Positions 37,551 through 49,544 of a stretch of DNA of 64,000 bases are shown one piece after another. A model generated the notes under the pieces. The model made no database searches. It was not told the DNA's origin and saw only the letters and a list, made by a program, of their open reading frames with translations. A program made the translations under genes and the position numbers. Within the stretch, counting starts at the first letter, position 1, and the number at the start of each line of letters is the position of its first letter. Source of the DNA: Rozella allomycis CSF55. Its lineage: Eukaryota. The stretch is from contig KE561096.1 in NCBI GenBank assembly GCA_000442015.1, positions 1 through 64,000 of the forward strand, in the 5' to 3' direction.

Positions 37551-37979
37551 ATGAAAATCGCATTTTTCTTTATCATGATAACAATTATATATGCTATTGT
37601 ACCCGGCTCATTGAAAATTGATATTCTTAACCCACCTCGCGGATTTTATTGCTCAGGTGAAGTCATTTGCTATAAAATTGAAGCCATAGGCGTTCCTCCT
37701 AAAGACCCAGTCTTAGGGCAAACATTTATTGAAGTTGAAATTCGAGGAGGAAGACCTGGAAGTGGCCCTAGAGGATTTATTGACATTGCAAGGAAAGCTG
37801 AATTGTTTACAACATTTAAAACTCGTCAATGCGGCAAATCTGAATACAAAATACCAAATAATTTTGGAAACTTTACGTATTTTCTCAGACCAAACTTATT
37901 TTTTGAATCTGAAAATGGCGGATCTTCAAATTTTAGAAATTCCGCTGCTAGCAAACCTTTCTTGATCAAAAATTGCTAA
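37551..37979 (+). CDS. Small intronless putative secreted protein (142 aa)
   Basis: MKIAFFFIMITIIYA signal peptide; four Cys; no recognised family. Confidence 0.7.
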   Translation: MKIAFFFIMITIIYAIVPGSLKIDILNPPRGFYCSGEVICYKIEAIGVPPKDPVLGQTFIEVEIRGGRPGSGPRGFIDIARKAELFTTFKTRQCGKSEYKIPNNFGNFTYFLRPNLFFESENGGSSNFRNSAASKPFLIKNC

Positions 37980-38217
37980 TAAAGCCAACTTAAACTCTTT
38001 CGACTTTCATTGAGGATTGATTTGCATTTCAGAGTTTCTACGTTGGCAACTTGGCTTCAGCATAAGATAAAACGCACAATGATAGTTGATACATCATTAT
38101 CCTTCTTTTTCTGATTATTTTTATTTAATCTTTAATTAAATTCAAATTAAAAAATTAATCTACTTAAATTAGGTTCTGGAGATTTTATAAAAATCATCCT
38201 TTGCCCTATTTGTTACT

Positions 38218-41200
38218 ATGGCTATGACATTCTCAAACTACAGTTATCATAAACTTGAAACAAGTAGCGTTCCAGGTATGGTTTGAATAAGTGTTAGATA
38301 AGTAAATCAAAAACGGAAATGGACCATTGTTCTTCTATTCCTAGTAATTACATTCCTGACATGTGGTGTTTCTTACTGTAAAATACTGATTTATGTATTT
38401 AAAGGGTTTGTATGTTCTTCAAAATCACCATTTTCAAGGCATTCAGCTGAAAAGGTACGACTCCCAGAGAGCATCACTCCCATTCACTATGAACTGAAAT
38501 TGAATGTGAATATGCCTAAAGAATTTTCTTTTAGCGGATTAAATAAGATTTTGGTTAATGTACATACACGCAAATCGACATATAGGTTAATGAGCCGACA
38601 AGAGAAGTATTCTTTCACTCAGTTGACTTGAATATACACAAGGTTTACATTGAAAACACTGAAGGGGAAAAGTTTGAAGCAATTAAATTTGATCCTATTG
38701 ACACTGAAATGATCAAAGCTACATTTTCAAAAGAACTCGTTCCTCATTTAGTAAGTACAACAGTTCCATACGAAAGTACACTTTATTTATTGAATTTTCG
38801 GGCATCATTACGGATCAGCTACGAGGATTCTATAAAAGTTCTTATGAATTCAATGGAAAAACTTACTGGTTGGCTTCAACACATTTTGAGCCAATGGCTG
38901 CTAGAAGAGCTTTCCCTTGTTTCGATGAACCTTTATTTAAAGCAACCTTCCAATTGCAAATTACGTGCTCCAAAGAATTTGTGGCCTTGTCCAACACGCA
39001 GCCATTAGAAACCATTGAGGTAGATGAAGAGTTTAAAGTAAATACAAAAGTTTTCTACTAAAAGACTGTAAAGTATGAAATAACCCCTAAAATGTCCACT
39101 TATTTGGTAACCTATGTCATTGGACCTTTGGAATCTGTAACTGCAATGTCAGGATCTAGTAACATTGAAGAATTAAACCATTTTTAGAAAAAATAAGTGT
39201 TTGGACGCGAATCGGTGACTCTCATCGTGCCAACTATGCATTAAACTGTGCCAAGGGAATATTGAAATACTATGAAGAATTGTTTGGCATTGAATTCCCA
39301 CTTTCCAAAGTTGATCTTGTGGCCATTTCTAGTTTCGCTATGGGTGCTATGGAAAATTGGGGATTGATAACATTTAGAGATACCGCATTGTTGTATGATG
39401 AGAAGGAATCATCAGAAGCGAACAAACAAAGGGTAGCAGTTGTTGTAGCTCATGAATTGGCACACCAATGGTTTGGAAATTTAGTAAATCTATTTTATGG
39501 CTTTGAAAGGTGACTATGAAATGGTGGAACGACCTTTGGCTAAACGAAGGCTTTGCAAGTTTCATGGAGTATTTTGGAGTGAATTCAGTAGAACCTGATT
39601 GGCAAGTATTATTTATCTTAATAAACTTTACAAAGATGTTTGATCAAATGCTTGTTGATGCGGGGTATGGCGCGTTTAGTATTGATGCAAGTTCATATTC
39701 CCATCCAATAGCAGGAAACGTGACTCTTTTAGAAGAAATAGAAACATTGTTCGATTTGGTGTCTTATAACAAGGGGGCCATGATGATAAAAATGCTTCAG
39801 ACATGGGTCGACTCAATTTCACCTGGGTATTTCTTTAAGCGAATTAGATATCATTTGTCGAAATATAAATACTCAAACGCTGATACAAATGATTTGATGA
39901 ATTCTATTCAAACTGATTTGATAAATGTCGATATTGAATCCTTTATGGAAAGTTGGGATCGTTTAACTGGATATCCGATTGTTAAGATTAAAGAAGACGG
40001 GGGCAAAACTATTTTGTCGCAATCAAAATATTTGAATTTTCCTTTTAATAAAAATCTAAAGGAAAGATTAGCGAATGAACTAGGCATTGATCTTCCAGTA
40101 GCTAATAATGCAATATGGCCAATACCATTGACAGGGATCACAAAAGATGGCAAATTATTTACTTTATACTTTGATCAACAAGAAATGGTCTTTAATAATA
40201 CTATCGCTAAATTGAATGTTGGCCAAATGGGATTCTATCGTGTTCTATATCCAATGAAGACTTTGAAGGCTTTGAAGATAAATTTTCATCAATTAAGTAC
40301 AGGCGACAGGGCTGGAATCATTCACGATGTTTTAGCCTTTGCATTATCTGGCCAATTGCACTTTAAGACTGCGATGGATTTCCTCACAGTTTTAAAATAT
40401 GAAAGAGGTATGAAAATTATAAAGCATTTATAGAATATGTTGTCTGGAAATTAGCCCTTTCTAAATTAAGTGAATTCACTCAAATCTTGGATTCTACAGC
40501 ACACATTGAACGTTTCCGTGGATTTATAAAAGATTTAATGCAGCCTTCTATTAATGAGTATCTAACGCGTGTTCTTCAAGGAGATGATCGTTTCACTCAC
40601 TTGGAAGAATTATTCGTTTCTATGATGTTTGAATCTGGGGTCATTCATGGGAACCAAGTACGCCATTTTCATTGTAATAATATAGCCATTAGTGCCTCAC
40701 TTGCTTTCATTGTTTGAAAATTTAAGAGCTGGACGTGTTACAATTGATGAAATTCCTAATCATTCCAAAGGGGCAGTTTACATAACAGGCGCTTTATTCG
40801 GAGATGACCAATCCTACGACTACATTCTTGAAGAATATTTAAAGAGTAATTTCGCTGTACAGCAGCAAAGACTTTTAACTGCCTTATCGTACGCTCCCCA
40901 AGAATACAGAAAACTGCAAACACTTAAACTCAGCATATCAGACAAAGTGCGTACACAAGACTCTGAAATTTTAATGGCTCAAGTTGGTGCTCATTCGTTC
41001 ACTGGTCGTGTTCTAGCGTGGGAGCTTTTAGAGCAAAACCATGAATACATTTACAAAACTATTGCTTCTTCTGGCTTTGATAGATTCATTAAAAACGTTT
41101 GTGCTAAATTTGTGAGCAAGAAGCATCTAGATGAAATCTTTCTCTTTTTTAAACATCATCCTTTGCCTCCTTCAAACAGAGCGATTGCGCAGGCTGTTGA

Positions 41201-41270
41201 AAGTGTTGATGGCGCTGAAAAGTGGTTGAAAGAAAATGAAAAGATGCTAGAAAAGTTTAATTCTCAATAA
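38218..41270 (+). CDS. M1-family zinc aminopeptidase with N-terminal membrane anchor
   Basis: RLPESITPIHY, ARRAFPCFDEP, GAMEN, HELAH...WLNEG, YNKG. Confidence 0.95.
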
Positions 41271-41336
41271 ATTTATTGCTTTAATTCATTAATGCTACGA
41301 ATTATTTTTGCTATCATTATTGCTAGCATTGTCGCT

Positions 41337-41993
41337 TTAAATTATTGATAAAATGTTTTCAAATTCTTCTTCCTCTTTATCAGCAAAAATATTTTCCATT
41401 GCGTTTAATGGAGATCCAGCAACGTCTGACGATACATGACTTTTCACAGTGTCGTAAGATGAACTCGAATCACAGTTTTCATCAAACAAATTTTCAAAGT
41501 TCTTTACTTTATCAACACAATTCCCATTCATTACTTTTTGGCAGTCCCATTCGATTAAAATATCCCACTTCTTCCAATGGCGGTACATACCCTTCCTTTA
41601 CAGCAAACAAAAAGCTATCAATATGGCAAGCCAGTAGATGTTTACACTACTTTACAAAAAAATACACTCATTACAAAAGGACTCTCAAATTTTATCATTG
41701 TATCATTCTTGAACGTTTCACAAGTGCAAAAATTAATGTTCGGAAACGTTAAAACATGTCCATCCGGATAAAAATAAATATCCTTGTATTTCCTGCATTC
41801 TGTATTTTCAATCAACCCTATAGCTTCCATCAAAACATCACGGCCAAAAATCTCGAGTCTATATTACTCAACCCATCCCTTTACATTAAAATTTTCTGAT
41901 AGACATCCAAAGTATTGTTATCTACACCATTTAACAATCATACTTACCAGCAAGATTGCGGAAAAAGCTGTCAAGAGCTGATACCGATGTCAT
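41337..41993 (-). CDS. SWIM zinc-finger protein, Sws1/ZSWIM7-like
   Basis: Spliced FCTCETF...CKHLLA (CxC...CxH); acidic tail after a 28-nt intron. Confidence 0.7.
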
Positions 41994-42022
41994 GAAATTT
42001 ACAAAGTCAGAGTAATTTGTGG

Positions 42023-42928
42023 ATGATTCCGATAATCGCCGCGGACAAGGATATCGAATCGATTGAACAAGTCAGACTGCAGTTGAACAACCTGGTAACA
42101 ATAAGTTGTAGGATCTATTAGAATTTGGCAAACGCGACACGCCATGACATGCCCGCAGAGCAATGTCAAATCACGACTCGGCAATTCGAGCTAGTAACCA
42201 GTATTTATTAGAAAAACAAGCTTGACTGGCACGTAAAGAATGCGATTCAGTTTTCATTGATACCATTTTTGAAAAAGGATGACCCGTTTTCGCAATACTT
42301 TAATGACATTGACTGTGACAGACTGCAGATGCAGTTGTTTGATGACGAAATTTCTAGTTTGCTTGGAGCGTTTGTAGGAAATGTTCGGCTGACTAGTGTG
42401 ATTAATCAAGGCGATTTGAGTAAGCTGAGGACTAGGTTGAAAGTCAAGTTGTTGATGTCGCAAAAATTGAATTCGTTTAATCGAGAGTGTTTAGAGGTGT
42501 TTTGTGGGAGGTTAGAGTGTTTATTGAATAGGGAGCAGGGCTGGACGGTTGTTGATTTGGTGAAACTGTTTAATGGGGTTATAGAGGGGAAAGTGAAGAA
42601 TAATGCGTATGGAATGGATTTGCAGGCCAAGAGATGGATAGTTTCGTGGCTGATTTCGCAGATTGTCAAGTGTTTGCCCTATTTGCTAAAGGAGGATGAT
42701 GTTGGAGTGAATAGGGAGGCAAGGAAGAGGAAGCAGTCGTTGATTACTAAAGAGTCTATTTATACATGTTTTTTGGATTTGTTTAAAGAGTTTCTCAAGT
42801 CGGGGATGAATTCAGCTTTGATGAAGAGGGAAGATGTGGTGGAGTATTTGGAGTTTTTGTTACAGCAACTTGAACAGGAAGAAGAATCGATTTATTTTGC
42901 ACCGAGGGATGTTTCTGGGGCGGTGTGA
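42023..42928 (+). CDS. Hypothetical protein
   Basis: 223-aa ORF 42257-42928 plus probable upstream exons from ATG 42023; its 3' end runs into a duplicated piece of the next gene. Confidence 0.5.
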
Positions 42929-43050
42929 GGTGAAGATTATGAATTTGAGATTGCGAGAAACCAAGAGATGGATGCATTGAATGATTTGATTAAAGGAATA
43001 AATCAGCTTCAGAGAATGCAAGTGATGTGGAGGCAGTGAAGCCAAAGAGA

Positions 43051-46000
43051 ATGTCGTTTCTATCTAGAATAGAAGAGATAGACTATGGCAAGCAACTGGA
43101 GGATGTGTCATTTGTGTTAAGAATAAAAGAAGCGCGAAATTTGTACCCGAAAGATGAAAACATAACGAGCGATCCATACTGTACGATAGAGATTGGCGGC
43201 CAATTCTGGCACACGCGTGTAGTGTATAGCGAGTTGAATCCTCGCTGGAACGAAGAGATAGTATTTCCATTTGAGAATTTCACCAAGAATGTTGTGATTA
43301 ATGTGTGGGACAAGGATGATAAAAAGTTTGAGGCGAGTGATCTATTCAAGGCTCGGTATTGGCGGGATGAGAGGGATCAGTTTCTGGGGCGGTGTGAGGT
43401 GAAGATTATGAATTTGATACCCATGTTGATTAGAAGGGGTGAGAATGGGGGGATTGAATTTGCAGCTGTGGAGAGATGGGTGCCTTTGGAGAAGAGATCA
43501 AAGAGGAGCCGTGTTTCTGGGGAGATTAAGATTGAGATTTGTATTGTTTGTGATAAGCTTGTAAGAATGATTTTGTCAAAGAATAGAGTGTGATATTCGA
43601 AAGGGTTAAAATGGGGGTTAGAGTAGAAAGGGAGAGAAGTGATAAAGTTAGAGTTGAACATTTTGATAATCAATGCAATAAAATCTCCAATAAAATCTCA
43701 CATCAGACTTATGGTGAAGTAAACGTACTGCTGACTGTGTTGATTAATAAAATTTTAGAGAGAGAAGATAATTTGCTGGGGGTTGTAGAGATTAGATACA
43801 TTTTGATAGAATTATGTTTGAGATGGAGAATATCGTTTGGATCTTTTAAATTAAAGTAAAAATAAAAATAGATTGAAAAAAAGATTAATTTCAGAGATTG
43901 TGAAGAGAGAAAATTTCATGTTGAATCATGCGAGTCAAGTGTTGTATGAATTGACAACCCTTGAAAGATATTTAAAGAAAGATTCATTTAAAGTAGAGAA
44001 TTTAAACTATTATTTTTGATAGATGAGAAAATTTGAATTTAATTTGGAGATTCTTTGTGAGAATTATTTAAAGTTTGTAAAGAATTACAAGGATTGTTTT
44101 CCATTCAACACGCCAATTGGAGAATTAGACGCGAGTGTTTCTATTTTGCTTTTTATAGAGAAAATCAAAGGGAGGGTGATTAAAGAAGTTGAGGGTAAAA
44201 GGGTTAAAGGAGGGAGAGTGGGGAGAGTGGGGAAGCATCATAAAGAAAACTACATGAATGATACTAATCCTTTTCAAACAACTAATCCCTTTCAATCAAC
44301 TAACTCCTTTCAACCCCCTCAACTTCAACCCCCTCAACTTAAACCTATTCACCTTCCAATTCAAATTGCTTTAAAGGAAGGATTGTTGATGAGATCAATG
44401 AAGTTGAATGAACTTTGCCATCCATTAAAGAAAAATGATTTATTGAAATGTTTAATGTTGACTGAAATTTTGATTAAAGAATTAGATCAAGACATTAATC
44501 TATATTCAAGATCTTTCCCCTTGTAAATAAAATAATAAAATTTAATAAAAGAGAAATAAAAATGATTGAAATTGCAATTCAATCTTATTGGATGATTTTG
44601 TCTCTTGAATATGAAAATTTATTACATTCTTTGGATGAAAAATCTATTTCTCATCTAATCTTTAAAATATTTTTAAAAGCAAATGAATTTCTATCTAAAT
44701 CTAGTGAATTTTATTTGTAAATTATATTATTTGAATTTAAAGAATTTCATTCAATGTTGAAGAATGGTTTAATCCAATTCTAAACAAATGGTTGAATTAT
44801 CTCCAAAATGAATTAAACCGCTGGACCATCAACGCGTGTGAGGAGAGAAAGAAGGGTGAGACAGGGAAGGGAGAGACAGGGAAGGGTGAGAGTAGTAAGG
44901 GTGAGACAGGGAAGGGAGAGACAGGGAAGGGTAAGGGAGAGAGTAGTAAGGGAGAGAGGTGTAAGGGAGAGAGGTGTAAGGGAGAGAGGTGTAAGGGTGA
45001 AGGTATAAATAGAACTAGGTGTTAATTATAATACTGTTACTACCGCTACTCATACTGCTGCTGATACTAATCATACTAAATACTTTAATGAAATAGTTCC
45101 AGTTGAATCACTTCAATTGGTGGTGGATATGTTTGCTGCTTATAAACAAGTACATTCAATCTCTTTATAATAAAAAAGATGTTTGATTTGTTGAATGGCG
45201 TTTACATTAAATGGGAAAATAAATTGGATTTCTTTAACACAAAATTTACAAAATATTTGCAAGTAAATCTATTCAAATCTATTAAAAAAGATGGTTCATC
45301 AATCTTTAAATTTATTAATCAAAAATCAATTAAAAGAAATTGATGAAAGTTTAACAAGGGTTGACACCAATCTATTTACAAGGGTTGACACCAATCTATT
45401 TACAAGGGTTGATAATAAAGATCTAATCTACAAATCAAACAAAAATGTAAACATTTCATCTTTCAGTAAAAGTATTTAGATTCAATTATGCTCTTAAATG
45501 AAATTTATTCAAAATATCACGAATTTTACAATCTATTCCCTAAAGATCAATCTACACAAAATTCAATTTTTTTTTCTTTAAAGTTTTCAAATTTTAAAGA
45601 AATCAATCCCAGAAAATTTCCAATCTATTTAATCATTGAAACTGAAGGAGGGAAAGCAAAGAAAGAGTTAGAGAAAGAGAAAGAGAAATGTATTCCAAGT
45701 GAAAGTATTTATAGAACACACTGCTTAAATAATTCTTTAGATGAATTTAGTTTAATTGTTGATAAATCTCATTGTCAATCGTTAACTTTAAAACTCGTAG
45801 AAAAATGGAATTCAAAACCAATCGAAATTGGAAAACTCTTTTTAAATGAATTAAAACAAGGGAATTCAACTTTAACATTCAAAAATCATCTTTCTTTCAA
45901 TCTAAATGTTACACAACCACCTCTAATAAATCAATTGCAAGTTTTATCAAATTCTTTTCTTCACTCCCTAAATTCTAAAATTCTAGATCTATTCGATTCA

Positions 46001-46495
46001 ATAGATTACAAGGTTTGTTCATAACATTGAAATAATCTAGATCTCTGTTCCCATTTCATGGCTCATTGAAAAAAGTTTGGAAAATTCTCCCTTGATGGCA
46101 ATCAAATCTCTGTAATTCAATTCTATCCCTAACAAAGAATCAAAGGCAAAGAAAAAGCCAAAGGAAATGAAAGAGAAAGAGTTGTACATGACGATCGATT
46201 CGATTCACTGCTTTTATACTTGGACGCTCTCCTCACTGAATGGCGCTTCATCTTGTCACCTTCATTATTCAACAATTCACTCAAACGCCTGTGGTCACTT
46301 GTCTTGTCGTGCATTGAGCTGCATTGCACATCTACAAGCAAATTCAAATCTAAATCTGCAAACAATATTTCAAATCTACTCTCCTATCTCGTTCAATTCT
46401 TCAATGCTGGTGATGAAGGACTTTCACTCGATTATCTCTATTCTTCTCAGTATGAGCAAATAGTTGGCATCATTTCAATTTCTGACGTTAAATAA
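43051..46495 (+). CDS. C2-domain / MUN-domain (Munc13-like) protein, divergent
   Basis: EARNLYPKDENITSDPYC...LNPRWNE...VWDKD C2 domain; WVPLEKRSKRSRVSGEI; downstream helical MUN-like exons. Exon structure approximate. Confidence 0.65.
44850..45000 (+). repeat. 15-nt purine-rich coding repeat (KGETG/KGESS/KGERC)
   Basis: About 10 copies of aagggagagacaggg / aagggagagaggtgt. Confidence 0.85.
45353..45412 (+). repeat. 24-nt tandem repeat (TRVDTNLF)
   Basis: acaagggttgacaccaatctattt x2.5. Confidence 0.85.
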
Positions 46496-46625
46496 ACCAG
46501 AAATTGAAATTAATTGAAATTGATATTAGATTGAGAAATTGATTAAATTGAAATTATTAATCTTTATCTTTCGACTTTAATAGCTTTATTAATTTCATGC
46601 ATGTCAATCTTGTACAATTGCTTTG

Positions 46626-48317
46626 ATGCCTCATATCCCCCTAATAATGCTCATCATCTGGTATCTCCTTTCACTCACCCTAGCATACAAATACATCACC
46701 TACGATCCAGCCTCCGACTCATACCTTCTCACGCCATTCCACTGGGGCCGCCTGAAATTCAGATACCCAATGCCGCTCTGTCCCAACATGCGCATCCTCT
46801 ATCCATTCACGCACACAACACACACAGTATCCAGCACCGGCATTACAATCCCATTCATCACAGGAAACGTCCACTATCCAGCCACCGATCCATGCTTCAA
46901 ACTCGTTTGCGATTTCGCTGATTCTCAATCTATAATGATCCGCATCATCTTTAAAAAAACAACGCAGCTGGGAACGCCAGAGTTTCCAATCTTTGTCAGG
47001 GAAGGTAATTCACGCAATTTCACGCTGGTGTCGGATGGAATGCTGTGTGGTGATAATGAAATGCTGTTTCATGTTAAGACTAGAAGCGATGTGGTTGCTG
47101 TTTATGATTGGAGTAAGTCTTCTTATGTGCATTTAAACAAAACTGGATGCAATTCGAATTTTATATTTTATTCTGTTGGCAGGGATTCGGAAGTTTTTGA
47201 TGGAGTCAAGGGAATAGATCGTCGTGGAATAGAACATCGGGATGTGGGAGAAAGGAAATCAAGCAAGAATAATTTAAAAAAGAGAATTAAAGAAGAAAAA
47301 TTGCCTGTACGTGAAGAAGTGAGTGAAAGCAAGTCAGATTGGAAGGCCGATAATTTTATCAATGTGAAAGATTCTCTTGAAAATATCCGTTTCAAAGATA
47401 CATCAAATCAAGTTCATTTTCAAGATTCATTAAAAAATGCTGATTTAAAACATCCACATTCATTTGATGTGAAACAATCTTCAGAAGAGTTTGATATTCG
47501 ATCGGTACTTGCTTCAGAAACTAATTCAAGAGACAACAAAATCTTTGAGTGGCCGCCCACAACAAACAAAATTGTAATAAAACCAACAACAGAACATGAA
47601 ATGGACAATGAGAGCGAAATATTGCATAAAGGTCAAAACTTTAGAACGTCACTGTGGAAAGGCGAGAGTATCAAGGAGATTGAAGATCACGAAACTACTG
47701 AAATTGCCGTGGATGATCATGGAGACGATGGATTTGACTGGCCTCCCGTTAATGATACCATGTCAAGGAAATTGAAATCCAAGGCCGTTAAAGTATCTGA
47801 AGAAATTCATGTGATTAGTTTAAATGTTTCCGCCTCTGACTCACCAATTTTTCCTATTGATTGGCCTCCAGAGTTGATTAAAGAAGAAGAAATTAGTGAT
47901 GTTGTGGAAAATGAAAAACATAGTCACGAGTTCCATGAAAATGACGGCCATGATAATCAGGGACAACAAGTAGTCTCCGAAACACTTTCTAGAGATACTC
48001 CTACATCAACAGATAAAAGCTCTTTCAGAGAAAAAGTATCAGACTCTGTAATAAACACCATTGGGGTTGAAGCACACAATCTACGAAACAAGAGCAAAAT
48101 GAGCGATTCCTTATCTGCACCAAAGATTGTTGACAGCCAAAGTAATGATTGGGCCATTATTGTTTGCGCCTTGTTTCTCCTGATATTGTTTACCCTCACA
48201 CTTTCAAGTATTCGCTATTTCAAAAGGGGAAAAGCTAATTTGACTCCAAAGCAATCCTTTGTAATTATGAACAATGAAACCGATGAAAGCCCTGTTTTGT
48301 ACCAAATACAAGAATAA
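46626..48317 (+). CDS. Intronless type I membrane protein, unknown family
   Basis: Signal peptide, Cys-containing N domain, disordered stalk with (E/D)WPP x3, TM helix WAIIVCALFLLILFTLTL, tail PVLYQIQE. Confidence 0.8.
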   Translation: MPHIPLIMLIIWYLLSLTLAYKYITYDPASDSYLLTPFHWGRLKFRYPMPLCPNMRILYPFTHTTHTVSSTGITIPFITGNVHYPATDPCFKLVCDFADSQSIMIRIIFKKTTQLGTPEFPIFVREGNSRNFTLVSDGMLCGDNEMLFHVKTRSDVVAVYDWSKSSYVHLNKTGCNSNFIFYSVGRDSEVFDGVKGIDRRGIEHRDVGERKSSKNNLKKRIKEEKLPVREEVSESKSDWKADNFINVKDSLENIRFKDTSNQVHFQDSLKNADLKHPHSFDVKQSSEEFDIRSVLASETNSRDNKIFEWPPTTNKIVIKPTTEHEMDNESEILHKGQNFRTSLWKGESIKEIEDHETTEIAVDDHGDDGFDWPPVNDTMSRKLKSKAVKVSEEIHVISLNVSASDSPIFPIDWPPELIKEEEISDVVENEKHSHEFHENDGHDNQGQQVVSETLSRDTPTSTDKSSFREKVSDSVINTIGVEAHNLRNKSKMSDSLSAPKIVDSQSNDWAIIVCALFLLILFTLTLSSIRYFKRGKANLTPKQSFVIMNNETDESPVLYQIQE

Positions 48318-48404
48318 GAATAAAAGTACTATTTATTTATTTTTTTCGAAATTAAATTGGCGGAGTTTGACGGAGTTTCAGGCAATTACAAAAGGACACA
48401 TCCC

Positions 48405-49526
48405 ATGCTATATGCATACATGTCTGTTTACAATACCCTACTATTAATCTTGCATTTCAGTATCATAGCCTTTGCAAACAACATTTCCCCATTCTTCCAT
48501 GCAGTCACTGATGAAAGAGGCGGGATTTTAGAGTATTCATTGAAAATCACCCCAAAGCGTACCAACCCATTTCCAATATATCCGAATCTGCTAATACGAT
48601 TACCAATTCATCATCTGGTTTCAAATAAGAAAAAAGAAATTCGCATACAGTCTGGATCAGGTTTCGTGAGACTTGGAAACAGAGTTTTTGTTGTAAATCC
48701 AAATCCACCTTTTTCTTTCAAATGTCAAAAGTTTTCAAAACACGATGATAATTTATTTGTTGAATTGGATGTGCTGATTGTCAATGCACACATAGACACA
48801 CCCTTCCCTTTGTTTGTGCACGCTTCATCAAAAACATTTGTGGCGATAGTTGAAAGATCAAAGTTAAATTTAAAGGTGCAAAGTAATACGTTTTATGTGT
48901 TCGATTGGTCTAACAGATACAAATATACAATTGATTTAGAGCGACTTTGTTCCACAAAAATGAACAAGCTAGATAATGAAACAGATAAAATTGATGTCTC
49001 GGATCATAAAAATGAAAACACTGCATTGATACCAGAGCTTGTAATCTCCTCTCCATCAAATTCCACGAATGACATTTTGGATCTCATTAACACTACCACA
49101 AACGGAAATTTAAGTGGGGTTATAATTACTGCACCAGAAGCAATTAACGAAGCGACAAAACTTAGTGGTATTAATATTCAAGAGAAAATTAACAGCTTGC
49201 CGCCATTAAATCTTGCAGAAAAGAAAAACGAAAAGCCTCAAAAGCCAAAACCTCAACAAGAAAAGCCCGCGGACTTACCTAACATCTCAAAATCCACGGG
49301 TAAAGTGCAAAATACATCTTCTAATCTGGGTTTGGACCCCAAACAAAACATCGGATTTATTTTGGTTTCAATTTTAGCAATAACGTCAATTTTAGGCGCA
49401 TGTCTTGCACTTTTATTTAAGTACAACAAGAATGAAGGCATTAAACTACGAAGATGGACAAAAAGAAACAGACTGCCTGAATCGATGGACACATCACAAG
49501 CTGTGTTGTACCAAGAAAATGAATAA
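48405..49526 (+). CDS. Intronless type I membrane protein, probable paralogue of the upstream gene
   Basis: Signal peptide, VFDWS motif, TM IGFILVSILAITSILGACLALLF, tail AVLYQENE. Confidence 0.8.
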   Translation: MLYAYMSVYNTLLLILHFSIIAFANNISPFFHAVTDERGGILEYSLKITPKRTNPFPIYPNLLIRLPIHHLVSNKKKEIRIQSGSGFVRLGNRVFVVNPNPPFSFKCQKFSKHDDNLFVELDVLIVNAHIDTPFPLFVHASSKTFVAIVERSKLNLKVQSNTFYVFDWSNRYKYTIDLERLCSTKMNKLDNETDKIDVSDHKNENTALIPELVISSPSNSTNDILDLINTTTNGNLSGVIITAPEAINEATKLSGINIQEKINSLPPLNLAEKKNEKPQKPKPQQEKPADLPNISKSTGKVQNTSSNLGLDPKQNIGFILVSILAITSILGACLALLFKYNKNEGIKLRRWTKRNRLPESMDTSQAVLYQENE

Positions 49527-49544
49527 AACTATATTTATTACTTA

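Noticed and set aside
44850-45018. GTAAG-containing repeats as another intron stack
   Set aside because: Most GTAAG copies are not preceded by AG and the repeats are in frame. Only one 28-nt intron (44991-45018) is needed.
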